Shown here piece by piece: positions 32,045-39,750 of a stretch of DNA of 64,000 nt. How positions within the stretch are numbered: the stretch's first letter is position 1; each line of letters begins with the position of its first letter. The position numbers were made by a program, and so were the translations under genes. The notes beneath the pieces are model-generated. The model was not told where the DNA came from. It did no database searches and was given only the letters and a program-made list of their open reading frames with translations. The DNA is taken from the NCBI GenBank assembly GCA_016283075.1, contig JAEEMF010000040.1:470-64469 (forward strand), read 5' to 3'. This stretch comes from Bacilli bacterium (GTDB lineage Bacteria; Bacillota_I; Bacilli_A; RF39; UBA660).

Positions 32045-32063
32045 CGTTTTAAGGAGGGTAATC

Positions 32064-34046
32064 ATGGAAGAAGAATATGTTGGAACTTTATTTCAAAGAA
32101 TTAGATTAAGTGAAACATTATTTGTATATAAGCCAGTTAGTGCTTTAGATGGTTTTTTAATGACTATTTCTACTGATGATGCTAATATTCCAGATGACCC
32201 TAATGAAGATGAAAATGGATATTACTTTTTTACAGCAAATGGTTATTCTTATACACTACTTAGTAATGCTAATCAGTTTGATGAAGAATATGTAGTAGGT
32301 AACTTAAAACCAATAACTGAATTTGTAGATACAAGTGATGAAGTAGATTTAGATGAAGCATTAAATATATATTCAAATGAAACAGATAATGAAGTATACT
32401 TTGGTTCTACTGAAGATAATGCTAAATTAAAAATATTTAAAATAGAAAAAGACGAACTTATAGATGGTAATATGAGTTTTATTTCTTTTAATACTAGAAG
32501 TATATTTGATAATATCTTTAAAGAATTAGATACTAATAAAGAGAAAAAAATAGATGTAAAACTTGTTAAAGAGTTATTTCATATAGCAGAAAGTAATGTC
32601 TGCGCTTCAAAAGAATTAATTGGGTTAACAGCAACTACTCATGATTTTGAAGGAATACTTTCTTTCCTACATGATAAAGCAGAAGTTCTTACTAAATCAT
32701 TTTCAAATGATGAAGATATTAAAAACACATATGAATTCTTCGAAAACTATCTTACATCTTTTAGAAATATAAAAGATAATACATCTAAAGAAGTAGTAGC
32801 TCTTTATATAGAATTAATTAAACACTGTATTGATACTCATAAAGAAGATATAGATAAGCATATTGAGAATATTTGTAGATATTCTAACTATGAAAAGATA
32901 AAAGATGCTTTTGATGAATTAGAAGAATTTATTAGAAGTCATGAAAAGAGAACATATTCAGGTTTATATGAAAGATTAAATGAAGTTGTAATAGGACAAG
33001 AAGATGCTAAAAGAAATGTACTTGTATCTATCTTTAAAAGTGATAATGATGTTATAAATAAAAACAACTTATTACTAGTTGGTCCTTCTGGATCAGGTAA
33101 AACTTTAATAGCAGAAACATGTGCTGAATATTTAGACATTCCTTCTATAGTAGTTGATTCAACAACACTTTCTACTCCTGGTTATGTAGGACAAGATGTT
33201 GATCAGCAACTAGTTAGGCTTTTAGAAGCAGCAGGAGGAGACTTAGAAAAAGCCCAGAGGGGTATTATTATCTTTGATGAAATAGATAAAAAAGGATCAA
33301 AAGATAATGATGATGTATCTGGTAGAGGAGTTTTAAACTGCTTATTAGGATTTATAGAAGGAAGAAAATATCAACTTGTCTATAGAAATAGACTTGTTGA
33401 ATTTGATACTTCTAAACTTAAAATAATTATGACAGGTGCTTTTGCTAAAGTAGCAGAAGAACTAGTACTTGAAAATAAAAAAACTCATTATGGATTTATA
33501 TCAATAGATTCAAAAAATGAAGAAGTAAAAGTATCTTTATCTGATAAAGATATTACTACTAAAGGTGATATGCCTCCTGAATTTATTGGAAGAGTATTAA
33601 TAGTAAACTTAAGTAAATTAACTAAAGATAATGCTAAAGAATTAATGTATTATTCAGAAAGAAGTATTTTAAAAGATATATTTAATCTTTATATAAAATA
33701 TGATACAAAAGTATATTTTACTGAAGAATTTGTTGATGGTTTTATAAATTCTCTTTTTGATAATAAAGAAGATGAATTTGGTGCAAGAACTATTAATAAA
33801 AAAATATCTGAAGTACTTCTTTCAGCAGAATTCGAATTAATACTATCTTTAGATAAAGAAAATGGATACAAAGAAGTAGTAGTAGGAATAGAAGCACTTA
33901 CAGATCATAATAAAATATTATTTATATATGAAGATGGTACTTCAAAAGAACTTGGAGATATTATAAAAGAAGAGGAAGAAAAGAAGGCTAAAGCAAAAGC
34001 TATGAGAGATATACCAGAATTTATAAAAAGGAAGGTGAACCAGTAG
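32064..34046 (+). CDS. ClpX-family AAA+ ATPase paralog A, with a novel ~300-aa N-terminal region and no zinc-binding domain
   Basis: VIGQEDAKRNV; Walker A LLLVGPSGSGKTLIAE; pore-1 loop TPGYVGQDV; Walker B GIIIFDEIDK; DVSGRGVLNCLLGFIEG; DTSKLKIIMTGAFA; PPEFIGRV; GARTINK. All are collinear with E. coli ClpX motifs. Confidence 0.85.
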   Translation: MEEEYVGTLFQRIRLSETLFVYKPVSALDGFLMTISTDDANIPDDPNEDENGYYFFTANGYSYTLLSNANQFDEEYVVGNLKPITEFVDTSDEVDLDEALNIYSNETDNEVYFGSTEDNAKLKIFKIEKDELIDGNMSFISFNTRSIFDNIFKELDTNKEKKIDVKLVKELFHIAESNVCASKELIGLTATTHDFEGILSFLHDKAEVLTKSFSNDEDIKNTYEFFENYLTSFRNIKDNTSKEVVALYIELIKHCIDTHKEDIDKHIENICRYSNYEKIKDAFDELEEFIRSHEKRTYSGLYERLNEVVIGQEDAKRNVLVSIFKSDNDVINKNNLLLVGPSGSGKTLIAETCAEYLDIPSIVVDSTTLSTPGYVGQDVDQQLVRLLEAAGGDLEKAQRGIIIFDEIDKKGSKDNDDVSGRGVLNCLLGFIEGRKYQLVYRNRLVEFDTSKLKIIMTGAFAKVAEELVLENKKTHYGFISIDSKNEEVKVSLSDKDITTKGDMPPEFIGRVLIVNLSKLTKDNAKELMYYSERSILKDIFNLYIKYDTKVYFTEEFVDGFINSLFDNKEDEFGARTINKKISEVLLSAEFELILSLDKENGYKEVVVGIEALTDHNKILFIYEDGTSKELGDIIKEEEEKKAKAKAMRDIPEFIKRKVNQ

Positions 34047-36040
34047 TGGCAAAAAAAGAAGAAAGATATGCAATCCTTTATGATATAAATGCTGATGATG
34101 AATTCTATAGATATACACCAGTAGATGCTATAGAAGGTGAAATTATAAAAGAAGTAAGGAATGTATTTATAGATGGAGAGTGGGTTGATAAAGAAGTAGA
34201 TGTATTTGTTGCGTATGATAAAGATTTACATATTTATGAAAGATACGTAACTATGAAACACTCTGCAGAGCAAGATATGTGTGTAGGTAATATTATCACA
34301 CGTAAAGAACTTATCGAAAAATATCCTGATGTTAAAATACCACCAGGTGGCATTGGTCTTCAAGCGGAACTTCTTCATGCATTCTTCGAGGATTATAGAG
34401 ACTGTACTATTTGTAAACAAAGAGATTATTTTGATGATGAAGATGATTATGAAGAATCAACTTTTAAGTCTGACTGGTTACTTCAAGATCCTGAAAAGAT
34501 AACTTTAATTCGTTTACAAACTGCATGGGAATGTTCTTTTGATACAATTTCTGCATGTGAAGATGATGAAAAAATTTCTGAAGTATATGATTATCTAGTA
34601 GATATTTTAGATAGTATGTGTACTTATATTATGTGTTGTAAAGAACTTAGTGCAGTAGATAGAGAAAGTTATACAAATGCTTGCGATAATATAGCAAAAA
34701 GAATTATATATGCTAGTGATTTAACAGGGGTTCTTGAACAGGATAAAAAAATTGCTATGGAATTAAATAAAGAATTTAGAGCGTTATTTGATGATATAGC
34801 TGTTAAAACAGTAGAAGCTGCATCTTATATATTAAAAGAACCTAAGAAAGAAACAGCTACTGTTAAACCTTATAAAGATATAAATACTCTTTTAGGAAAT
34901 AGTAAGAAAACAAGACAAGAAATACTTGATGAACTTGATAAAACTGTTATTGGTCATGATGATGCTAAAATAAGATTACTTTCAGTAATTGAAAGTAACT
35001 CGACTATAGAACAAAAGAATAATATTGATGCAGTACTTTTAATAGGACCTTCTGGATGTGGTAAAACTCTTTTAGTAGAAACATTATCTAAGGTAATGGA
35101 TAAACCATTTGCATTAATTGATACTTTAGCTTTAACACCTGCTGGATATAAAGGTGTTGATCTTGAAAATGTATTAGCATTACAACTTTTAAGAAGTGCT
35201 AAAGGTGATGTTAAGAAAGCTGAAAGAGGAGTAGTATTCTTTGATGAATTTGATAAGAAAGCATCTACATCTGATAAAGAGTCAAATTTTGATAAAAGAA
35301 CTATTGATCAACTTTTAACATATATGTCTGGAACTAAATGTACTGTTGAGTATAATGGTAGAGATACTGAAGTAGATACAAGTTTTATTACATTTGTATT
35401 TGGTGGTTCATTTGCTGATATGATTAAGGCTATGATGGATAATAAAGAGAATGATGAATCATATAAAAGAACTACTATTGGTTTTATAAAAGATACTGCT
35501 AAAGAGATAAAAGATATTAATGAATATGATTTAAAATATCCAGAAAAAATTGAAGACGAGGATTTAGCAGTTCATGGTCATATGCGACCTGAAATGATTA
35601 ATAGAATTCCAACTAAGATAGTTATGCAAGGTGAAAATAGAATATCACTTAAAGATATTTTATTATATTCAACTGTTAGTCCTTTAGTATTTGAAGAAAA
35701 ACGTATTAACGCTAAGGGAGCTAATCTTGCTGTACTAGAAGAATTTATAGATCCTTTTGTAGAATCTGCATTTGGTAGAAAACAGTGTGGAAGATCTTTA
35801 AAAAATGGATTATTTCAAATAACAAGTCTTATTAATGATGTACTTGATGAATATCCAAGTAGATTTAAATATGCTGTACTTAATAAAGAATGCGTAAGTA
35901 ATCCTAGAGATGCTTTATTAATAGATTATGAAAATAATCGCTATACAGTAGGAGAACTTAAAGATGAAATTAAGAAAGCTAAAGAAGCTAAACCAAAAGA
36001 AAGTGTAATTAAAACTTATGCTTTTATACCTGAAAATTAG
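34046..36040 (+). CDS. ClpX-family AAA+ ATPase paralog B, more divergent, with a novel N-terminal region homologous to that of paralog A
   Basis: GTG start overlaps the upstream TAG (TAGTG) behind a GGAAGGTGA RBS. VIGHDDAKIRL; Walker A VLLIGPSGCGKTLLVE; pore loop PAGYKGVDL; Walker B GVVFFDEFDK; ITFVFGGSFA; TTIGF; RPEMINRIP; CGRSLKN. Confidence 0.85.
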   Translation: MAKKEERYAILYDINADDEFYRYTPVDAIEGEIIKEVRNVFIDGEWVDKEVDVFVAYDKDLHIYERYVTMKHSAEQDMCVGNIITRKELIEKYPDVKIPPGGIGLQAELLHAFFEDYRDCTICKQRDYFDDEDDYEESTFKSDWLLQDPEKITLIRLQTAWECSFDTISACEDDEKISEVYDYLVDILDSMCTYIMCCKELSAVDRESYTNACDNIAKRIIYASDLTGVLEQDKKIAMELNKEFRALFDDIAVKTVEAASYILKEPKKETATVKPYKDINTLLGNSKKTRQEILDELDKTVIGHDDAKIRLLSVIESNSTIEQKNNIDAVLLIGPSGCGKTLLVETLSKVMDKPFALIDTLALTPAGYKGVDLENVLALQLLRSAKGDVKKAERGVVFFDEFDKKASTSDKESNFDKRTIDQLLTYMSGTKCTVEYNGRDTEVDTSFITFVFGGSFADMIKAMMDNKENDESYKRTTIGFIKDTAKEIKDINEYDLKYPEKIEDEDLAVHGHMRPEMINRIPTKIVMQGENRISLKDILLYSTVSPLVFEEKRINAKGANLAVLEEFIDPFVESAFGRKQCGRSLKNGLFQITSLINDVLDEYPSRFKYAVLNKECVSNPRDALLIDYENNRYTVGELKDEIKKAKEAKPKESVIKTYAFIPEN

Positions 36041-36041
36041 G

Positions 36042-36070
36042 TTGACTTAATTAAAAAAAATAACTATAAT
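36042..36070 (+). promoter_or_regulatory. consensus-like sigma-A promoter between the ATPase pair and hisS
   Basis: TTGACT (36042-36047), an exact 17-nt spacer, then TATAAT (36065-36070). Confidence 0.6.
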
Positions 36071-36104
36071 TTATATGTAAATTATGTTATATAATTATTA
36101 CTTT

Positions 36105-36152
36105 AGTCTATGAAGTAAGGCTATATACCTTAGTTTATAGACTTTTGTTTTT
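36105..36152 (+). terminator. strong hairpin plus U-tract immediately upstream of hisS; a partial copy of the T-box terminator region
   Basis: AGTCTATGAAGTAAGG-ctatata-CCTTAGTTTATAGACT forms a 16-position stem with one mismatch, followed by TTTTGTTTTT. Both arms match the arms flanking the T-box core at 31987-32038. Confidence 0.75.
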
Positions 36153-36168
36153 AGAAAGAAGGAATATT

Positions 36169-37446
36169 ATGCAAAAACCTAAGGGAACATATGATGTATT
36201 TGGTGAAAGAGGAAAGAAAGAATTATATATTAGAGGATTAATGGAAACATTAATGAATAAATATAATTATGAGTATGTAGATACTCCTATCTTTGAAGCA
36301 AGTGAATTATTCCATAGAGGTGTAGGGGAAACTACTGATATCGTTACTAAAGAAACATATGACTTTGTAGATCGTGGAGAAAGAAACATGACTTTAAGAC
36401 CAGAAGGTACTGCTGGTGTAGTAAGAAGTTTTGTAGAAAACAAAATGTATGCTAGAGAATCTATGCCTGTTAAAGTATGGTACTTTGGACCAATGTTTAG
36501 ATACGAAAGACCACAATCTGGTAGATATAGACAATTCAAACAATTTGGTGTTGAAGTGTTTGGATCAGAAGATGCTTTAGTAGATGCAGAAGTAATTAGT
36601 ATTCCTGTAAATTTATATAAAATACTTGGTTTAAAAGGAATTAAAGTAAATATAAATTCACTAGGAGATAAAGAATCTAGAGAAAACTATAGAGAAGCTT
36701 TAATTAAACACTTTGAACCAGTAATCGATACATTATGTGAAGATTGTAAAGAAAGATTTAAAAAGAATCCTTTAAGAATCTTAGATTGTAAGATAGATGC
36801 AGATAAAGAAATAATGAAAACTGCACCTACTACAATTGATTACTTAAATGACGAAAGTAGAACACATTTTGAAAATGTTAAAAAATACTTAGAAGCACTT
36901 GGCATTGATTATGTAGTAAATCCAAGAGTTGTAAGAGGACTTGATTATTACACTCACACAGTATTTGAAGTAGAAGCAGATATTCCATCATTTGGAGCAC
37001 AAAATGTACTTTGTGGTGGAGGAAGATATAATGGTCTTGTTGAACAAGTAGGTGGGCCTAGTACAAATGGTGTAGGTTTTGCTCTTGGTTTTGAAAGATT
37101 AATTAATGCTTTAGAAGCTGAAAATATTGAACTACCATATGAAAAAGAAATAGATGCTTATGTAATACCAATGAGTGATAATGAAAAAGCATATGGATTT
37201 GATGTACTTCAAACACTTAGAATGTCAGGATTTAATGCTGATATAGATTACATGAGTCGTAAGATAGGCGGAAACTTTAAACAAGCTGATAGATTAAATT
37301 CTAAGTTTGTAATTATTATCGGTGAAGAAGAAACTAAATCTAATATTTTAACAATTAAAAATAATCGTACTAAAGAAGAATATAAAGTAAGCAAAGAACT
37401 TGTTATTGATTTCTTTGATGATAATTTAGAAAAAGAAGAACACTAA
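36169..37446 (+). CDS. hisS: histidine--tRNA ligase
   Basis: Class II aaRS motifs (MTLRPEGTAGVVR, FRYERPQSGRYRQFKQFG, GGGRYNGL). Start at 36169 follows a GAAGGAA RBS. Confidence 0.95.
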   Translation: MQKPKGTYDVFGERGKKELYIRGLMETLMNKYNYEYVDTPIFEASELFHRGVGETTDIVTKETYDFVDRGERNMTLRPEGTAGVVRSFVENKMYARESMPVKVWYFGPMFRYERPQSGRYRQFKQFGVEVFGSEDALVDAEVISIPVNLYKILGLKGIKVNINSLGDKESRENYREALIKHFEPVIDTLCEDCKERFKKNPLRILDCKIDADKEIMKTAPTTIDYLNDESRTHFENVKKYLEALGIDYVVNPRVVRGLDYYTHTVFEVEADIPSFGAQNVLCGGGRYNGLVEQVGGPSTNGVGFALGFERLINALEAENIELPYEKEIDAYVIPMSDNEKAYGFDVLQTLRMSGFNADIDYMSRKIGGNFKQADRLNSKFVIIIGEEETKSNILTIKNNRTKEEYKVSKELVIDFFDDNLEKEEH

Positions 37447-37468
37447 GAGATACCTAGTATCTCTTTTT
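37447..37468 (+). terminator. hisS intrinsic terminator
   Basis: GAGATAC-cta-GTATCTC followed by T5, directly after the stop codon. Confidence 0.8.
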
Positions 37469-37529
37469 CTTTACACTCATACTTGTAAAGTCTCTTGGAA
37501 TAGATATATACATATGTTATAATATAATT

Positions 37530-37706
37530 GACTAAAAGATATGGTTGGAATTATTTGAAAAACCTACTAAAATAACGTATAGGGAATCTAATTTATATAT
37601 GGTGTTGAAAGCTTAACTTCGATTAAGAATCCTAAAGTATATAATGTGATACCCACCTGGGAGATCAGGTTTTATCGTTATGCCGCCGATTTTTTGGTCT
37701 TTTTTT
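37530..37706 (+). ncRNA. candidate 6S RNA (SsrS-like), about 177 nt
   Basis: Own promoter TTGGAA(37495)-17 nt containing TG-TATAAT(37518). The 5' end GACTAAAAGAT pairs with the 3' end ATTTTTTGGTC (11 bp). Further pairs are GGTTGG/CCGCC and AAAACCT/AGGTTTT, with an asymmetric central loop and a terminal arm TATAGGGAATCTAAT/ATTAAGAATCCTAAAGTATA, followed by a U-run. Its position between hisS and tcdA corresponds to B. subtilis 6S-1 (aspS-yrvM intergenic region). Confidence 0.4.
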
Positions 37707-37749
37707 TGTGTTAAAAACAAAGTATGTTATAATACCCTTAGGTGATGTT

Positions 37750-38448
37750 ATGTTAGAAAGATTAGAGTTATTAATAGGTGATAAAATAAATGATGTAAAA
37801 ACTAAAACCATCTTAATAGTAGGTGTTGGTGGAGTGGGCGGATATGCTTTAGAAGCTCTAGTTAGATCAGGTATTTCTAACATCATAATAGTTGATAACG
37901 ATAAAGTAGATATCACTAATCTTAATCGACAAATAATATCACTTAGATCCAATATTGGTGAATATAAAGTAGATGTTGCAGAAAAACGTATTAAAGATAT
38001 TAATCCTGATTGTAAGGTTACTAAATATAATTTATTTTTAAATAAAGATAATACATATGATTTATTTAAAGATAACAAAATAGATTATATAGTAGATGCT
38101 TGTGATACAATGGAAGTAAAGAAAGAATTAATAAGAATTGCAACTACCAGTGGTATTAAACTTATTTCTTCAATGGGTACTGGTAATAAACTTGATCCAT
38201 CTAAATTACAAATAATGGATTTAAGAAAGACTAGTTATGACCCAATAGCAAAAATACTTCGTAAATATGTTAAAGATATGCACATTAATAAAAAGGTAAT
38301 GGTTGTTTGTAGTACAGAAGCTGGAGTAAAAGAAAAGATTACAACTATTCCAAGTAATTCTTTTGTACCAGCAACTGCTGGATTATTATGTGCTAGTTAT
38401 ATAATAAATGATATAGTAGGTGATGTATGGAAAAATTCGATTTACTAG
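37750..38448 (+). CDS. tcdA: tRNA threonylcarbamoyladenosine dehydratase (ThiF/E1-like)
   Basis: ILIVGVGGVGGYALEALVRSGISNIIIVDNDKVDITNLNRQ nucleotide-binding motif, about 230 aa. ATG at 37750 follows an AGGTGA RBS and a TGTTATAAT extended -10. Confidence 0.8.
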   Translation: MLERLELLIGDKINDVKTKTILIVGVGGVGGYALEALVRSGISNIIIVDNDKVDITNLNRQIISLRSNIGEYKVDVAEKRIKDINPDCKVTKYNLFLNKDNTYDLFKDNKIDYIVDACDTMEVKKELIRIATTSGIKLISSMGTGNKLDPSKLQIMDLRKTSYDPIAKILRKYVKDMHINKKVMVVCSTEAGVKEKITTIPSNSFVPATAGLLCASYIINDIVGDVWKNSIY

Positions 38449-38984
38449 GGAAAAAACTTGATGGTTCTGTTTTAATAATTGGTTATGATGAAGAATCAAG
38501 TTTTTCAAGAACATTCAAAAATAATAAAAGAATAACTGATGTATATTTACTTAATAATACAAGTGAAACATTATTTGGTAAAAATAGTAAAAGAAAAAAA
38601 GCATCAAACAATATTAATCCTAAAAGAAAAAGAATTAGTATTACTAAACTTGCTAAAGAGCTAAAGAAAATAAATATAGATTACTTAGTATGTAAGTTTG
38701 ATACTATTAAACCATTCTTTAGAAGTTTTATTAAAAATAGTATTCTTGTAGGTAAAAAGAAAGTATATTTATTTTTAGATAATGATGATATGGATCCAAA
38801 AGAAATAGAACTAAGATATAAAAGATTTGGATTAAATGTAAATGTTACTAATCATAAAAATGAATACTTATATGAAATAGAAATAAATAACTATAAGTAT
38901 CCATTTATAAAAGGACTTTTATATAATATAAGAGATTTAGGATATGATTTAGTTGAATATATAGCTAATATATTAATAGGATAA
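38427..38984 (+). CDS. hypothetical protein (185 aa)
   Basis: ORF overlapping the tcdA end by 22 nt, with a basic central segment. No motif recognised. Confidence 0.45.
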   Translation: MEKFDLLGKKLDGSVLIIGYDEESSFSRTFKNNKRITDVYLLNNTSETLFGKNSKRKKASNNINPKRKRISITKLAKELKKINIDYLVCKFDTIKPFFRSFIKNSILVGKKKVYLFLDNDDMDPKEIELRYKRFGLNVNVTNHKNEYLYEIEINNYKYPFIKGLLYNIRDLGYDLVEYIANILIG

Positions 38985-38997
38985 AAAACAAGCAATT

Positions 38998-39564
38998 TTA
39001 TTTGCTTGTTTTTTCGTTTGGAATAAGTTCTATTAAATAATTAATAACTTCTTCTTTAGTATATTTATCACTATTATAAAGCCAGTACATACCTACATTT
39101 ATTACTGCTCCGATAAAGAATTTAGAAATAATATCTTTAGGTATAGTAGCATCTAAGTTTTCATCATTTTTTAACTTAGTAATAACATCATTATCAATAA
39201 CATCATTTATCATATCTGTTAAGATACTATTTCTATTATTAATAGCAATTGCTAAATATGTATCTCTTTCTTTTTCAATATGTGTTAAGAATATTTTAAT
39301 AAGTTCAATGTAGTATTCTTTAGAAGTACTATATTTATTTTTTTCTAGTTCACTAGTAAAAGATTTTTTAAGGTTATCAAGTAAATTAGATAATAAACTA
39401 TACTTATCTTCAAAGTGAGCATAGAAAGTAGTTCTATTTACTAAAGCCTTGTTACATATATCAGATACTTTTATTTCTTCAAATGTTTTTTCCTTCATCA
39501 TATTTATTAAAGCATTATATAATGCTTTTTTTGTTTTTACTATTCTTAAATCATCTTTTTCCAT
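38998..39564 (-). CDS. TetR/AcrR-family transcriptional regulator
   Basis: N-terminal HTH (IVKTKKALYNALINMMKEKTFEEIKVSDICNKALVNRTTFYAHFEDKY). Start at 39564 follows an AGAGGAA RBS. Divergent from the MMPL operon. Confidence 0.85.
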   Translation of the reverse strand: MEKDDLRIVKTKKALYNALINMMKEKTFEEIKVSDICNKALVNRTTFYAHFEDKYSLLSNLLDNLKKSFTSELEKNKYSTSKEYYIELIKIFLTHIEKERDTYLAIAINNRNSILTDMINDVIDNDVITKLKNDENLDATIPKDIISKFFIGAVINVGMYWLYNSDKYTKEEVINYLIELIPNEKTSK

Positions 39565-39589
39565 AGTATTCCTCTTTTCGGTATATAAA

Positions 39590-39606
39590 TATAGCACTTT
39601 GCTATA
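39590..39606. promoter_or_regulatory. candidate TetR operator palindrome
   Basis: TATAGCA-ctt-TGCTATA is a perfect 7-3-7 inverted repeat in the tetR/MMPL divergent intergenic region. A related half-conserved AACACTTTGTT lies about 20 nt downstream. Confidence 0.45.
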
Positions 39607-39750
39607 CAAAAGTAAAGTTATTAAACACTTTGTTGGTTATTTATACATACATATTTATAAAATTGTTGTTTATCTAGGCATATATATTATTATGTAGTTC
39701 ATTTTCTTTTTTTAAAAGATTAGAATGATTGCTGTGAAAGGAAGATAAAC

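Noticed and set aside
37645-37690. TPP- or ZTP-riboswitch-like strings (ACCUGGGAGAUCAGG, CACCUGGG) upstream of the ThiF-family gene
   Set aside because: Only short partial matches. The CUGAGA and pyrimidine-sensor helices of TPP and the CCGCCUGGGC pseudoknot of ZTP are absent. The segment fits better as the 3' arm of the long hairpin RNA.
37665-38078. 137-aa minus-strand ORF spanning the 3' end of the candidate 6S RNA and the start of tcdA
   Set aside because: It is antisense to a strongly supported ThiF-fold gene, has low-complexity composition and has no RBS. The intergenic part is better explained by the plus-strand promoter, hairpin and terminator unit.
39449-39697. 82-aa plus-strand ORF across the tetR 5' end and the intergenic region
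   Set aside because: It is antisense to the TetR HTH-coding region and runs through the divergent promoter/operator region. It has no RBS.
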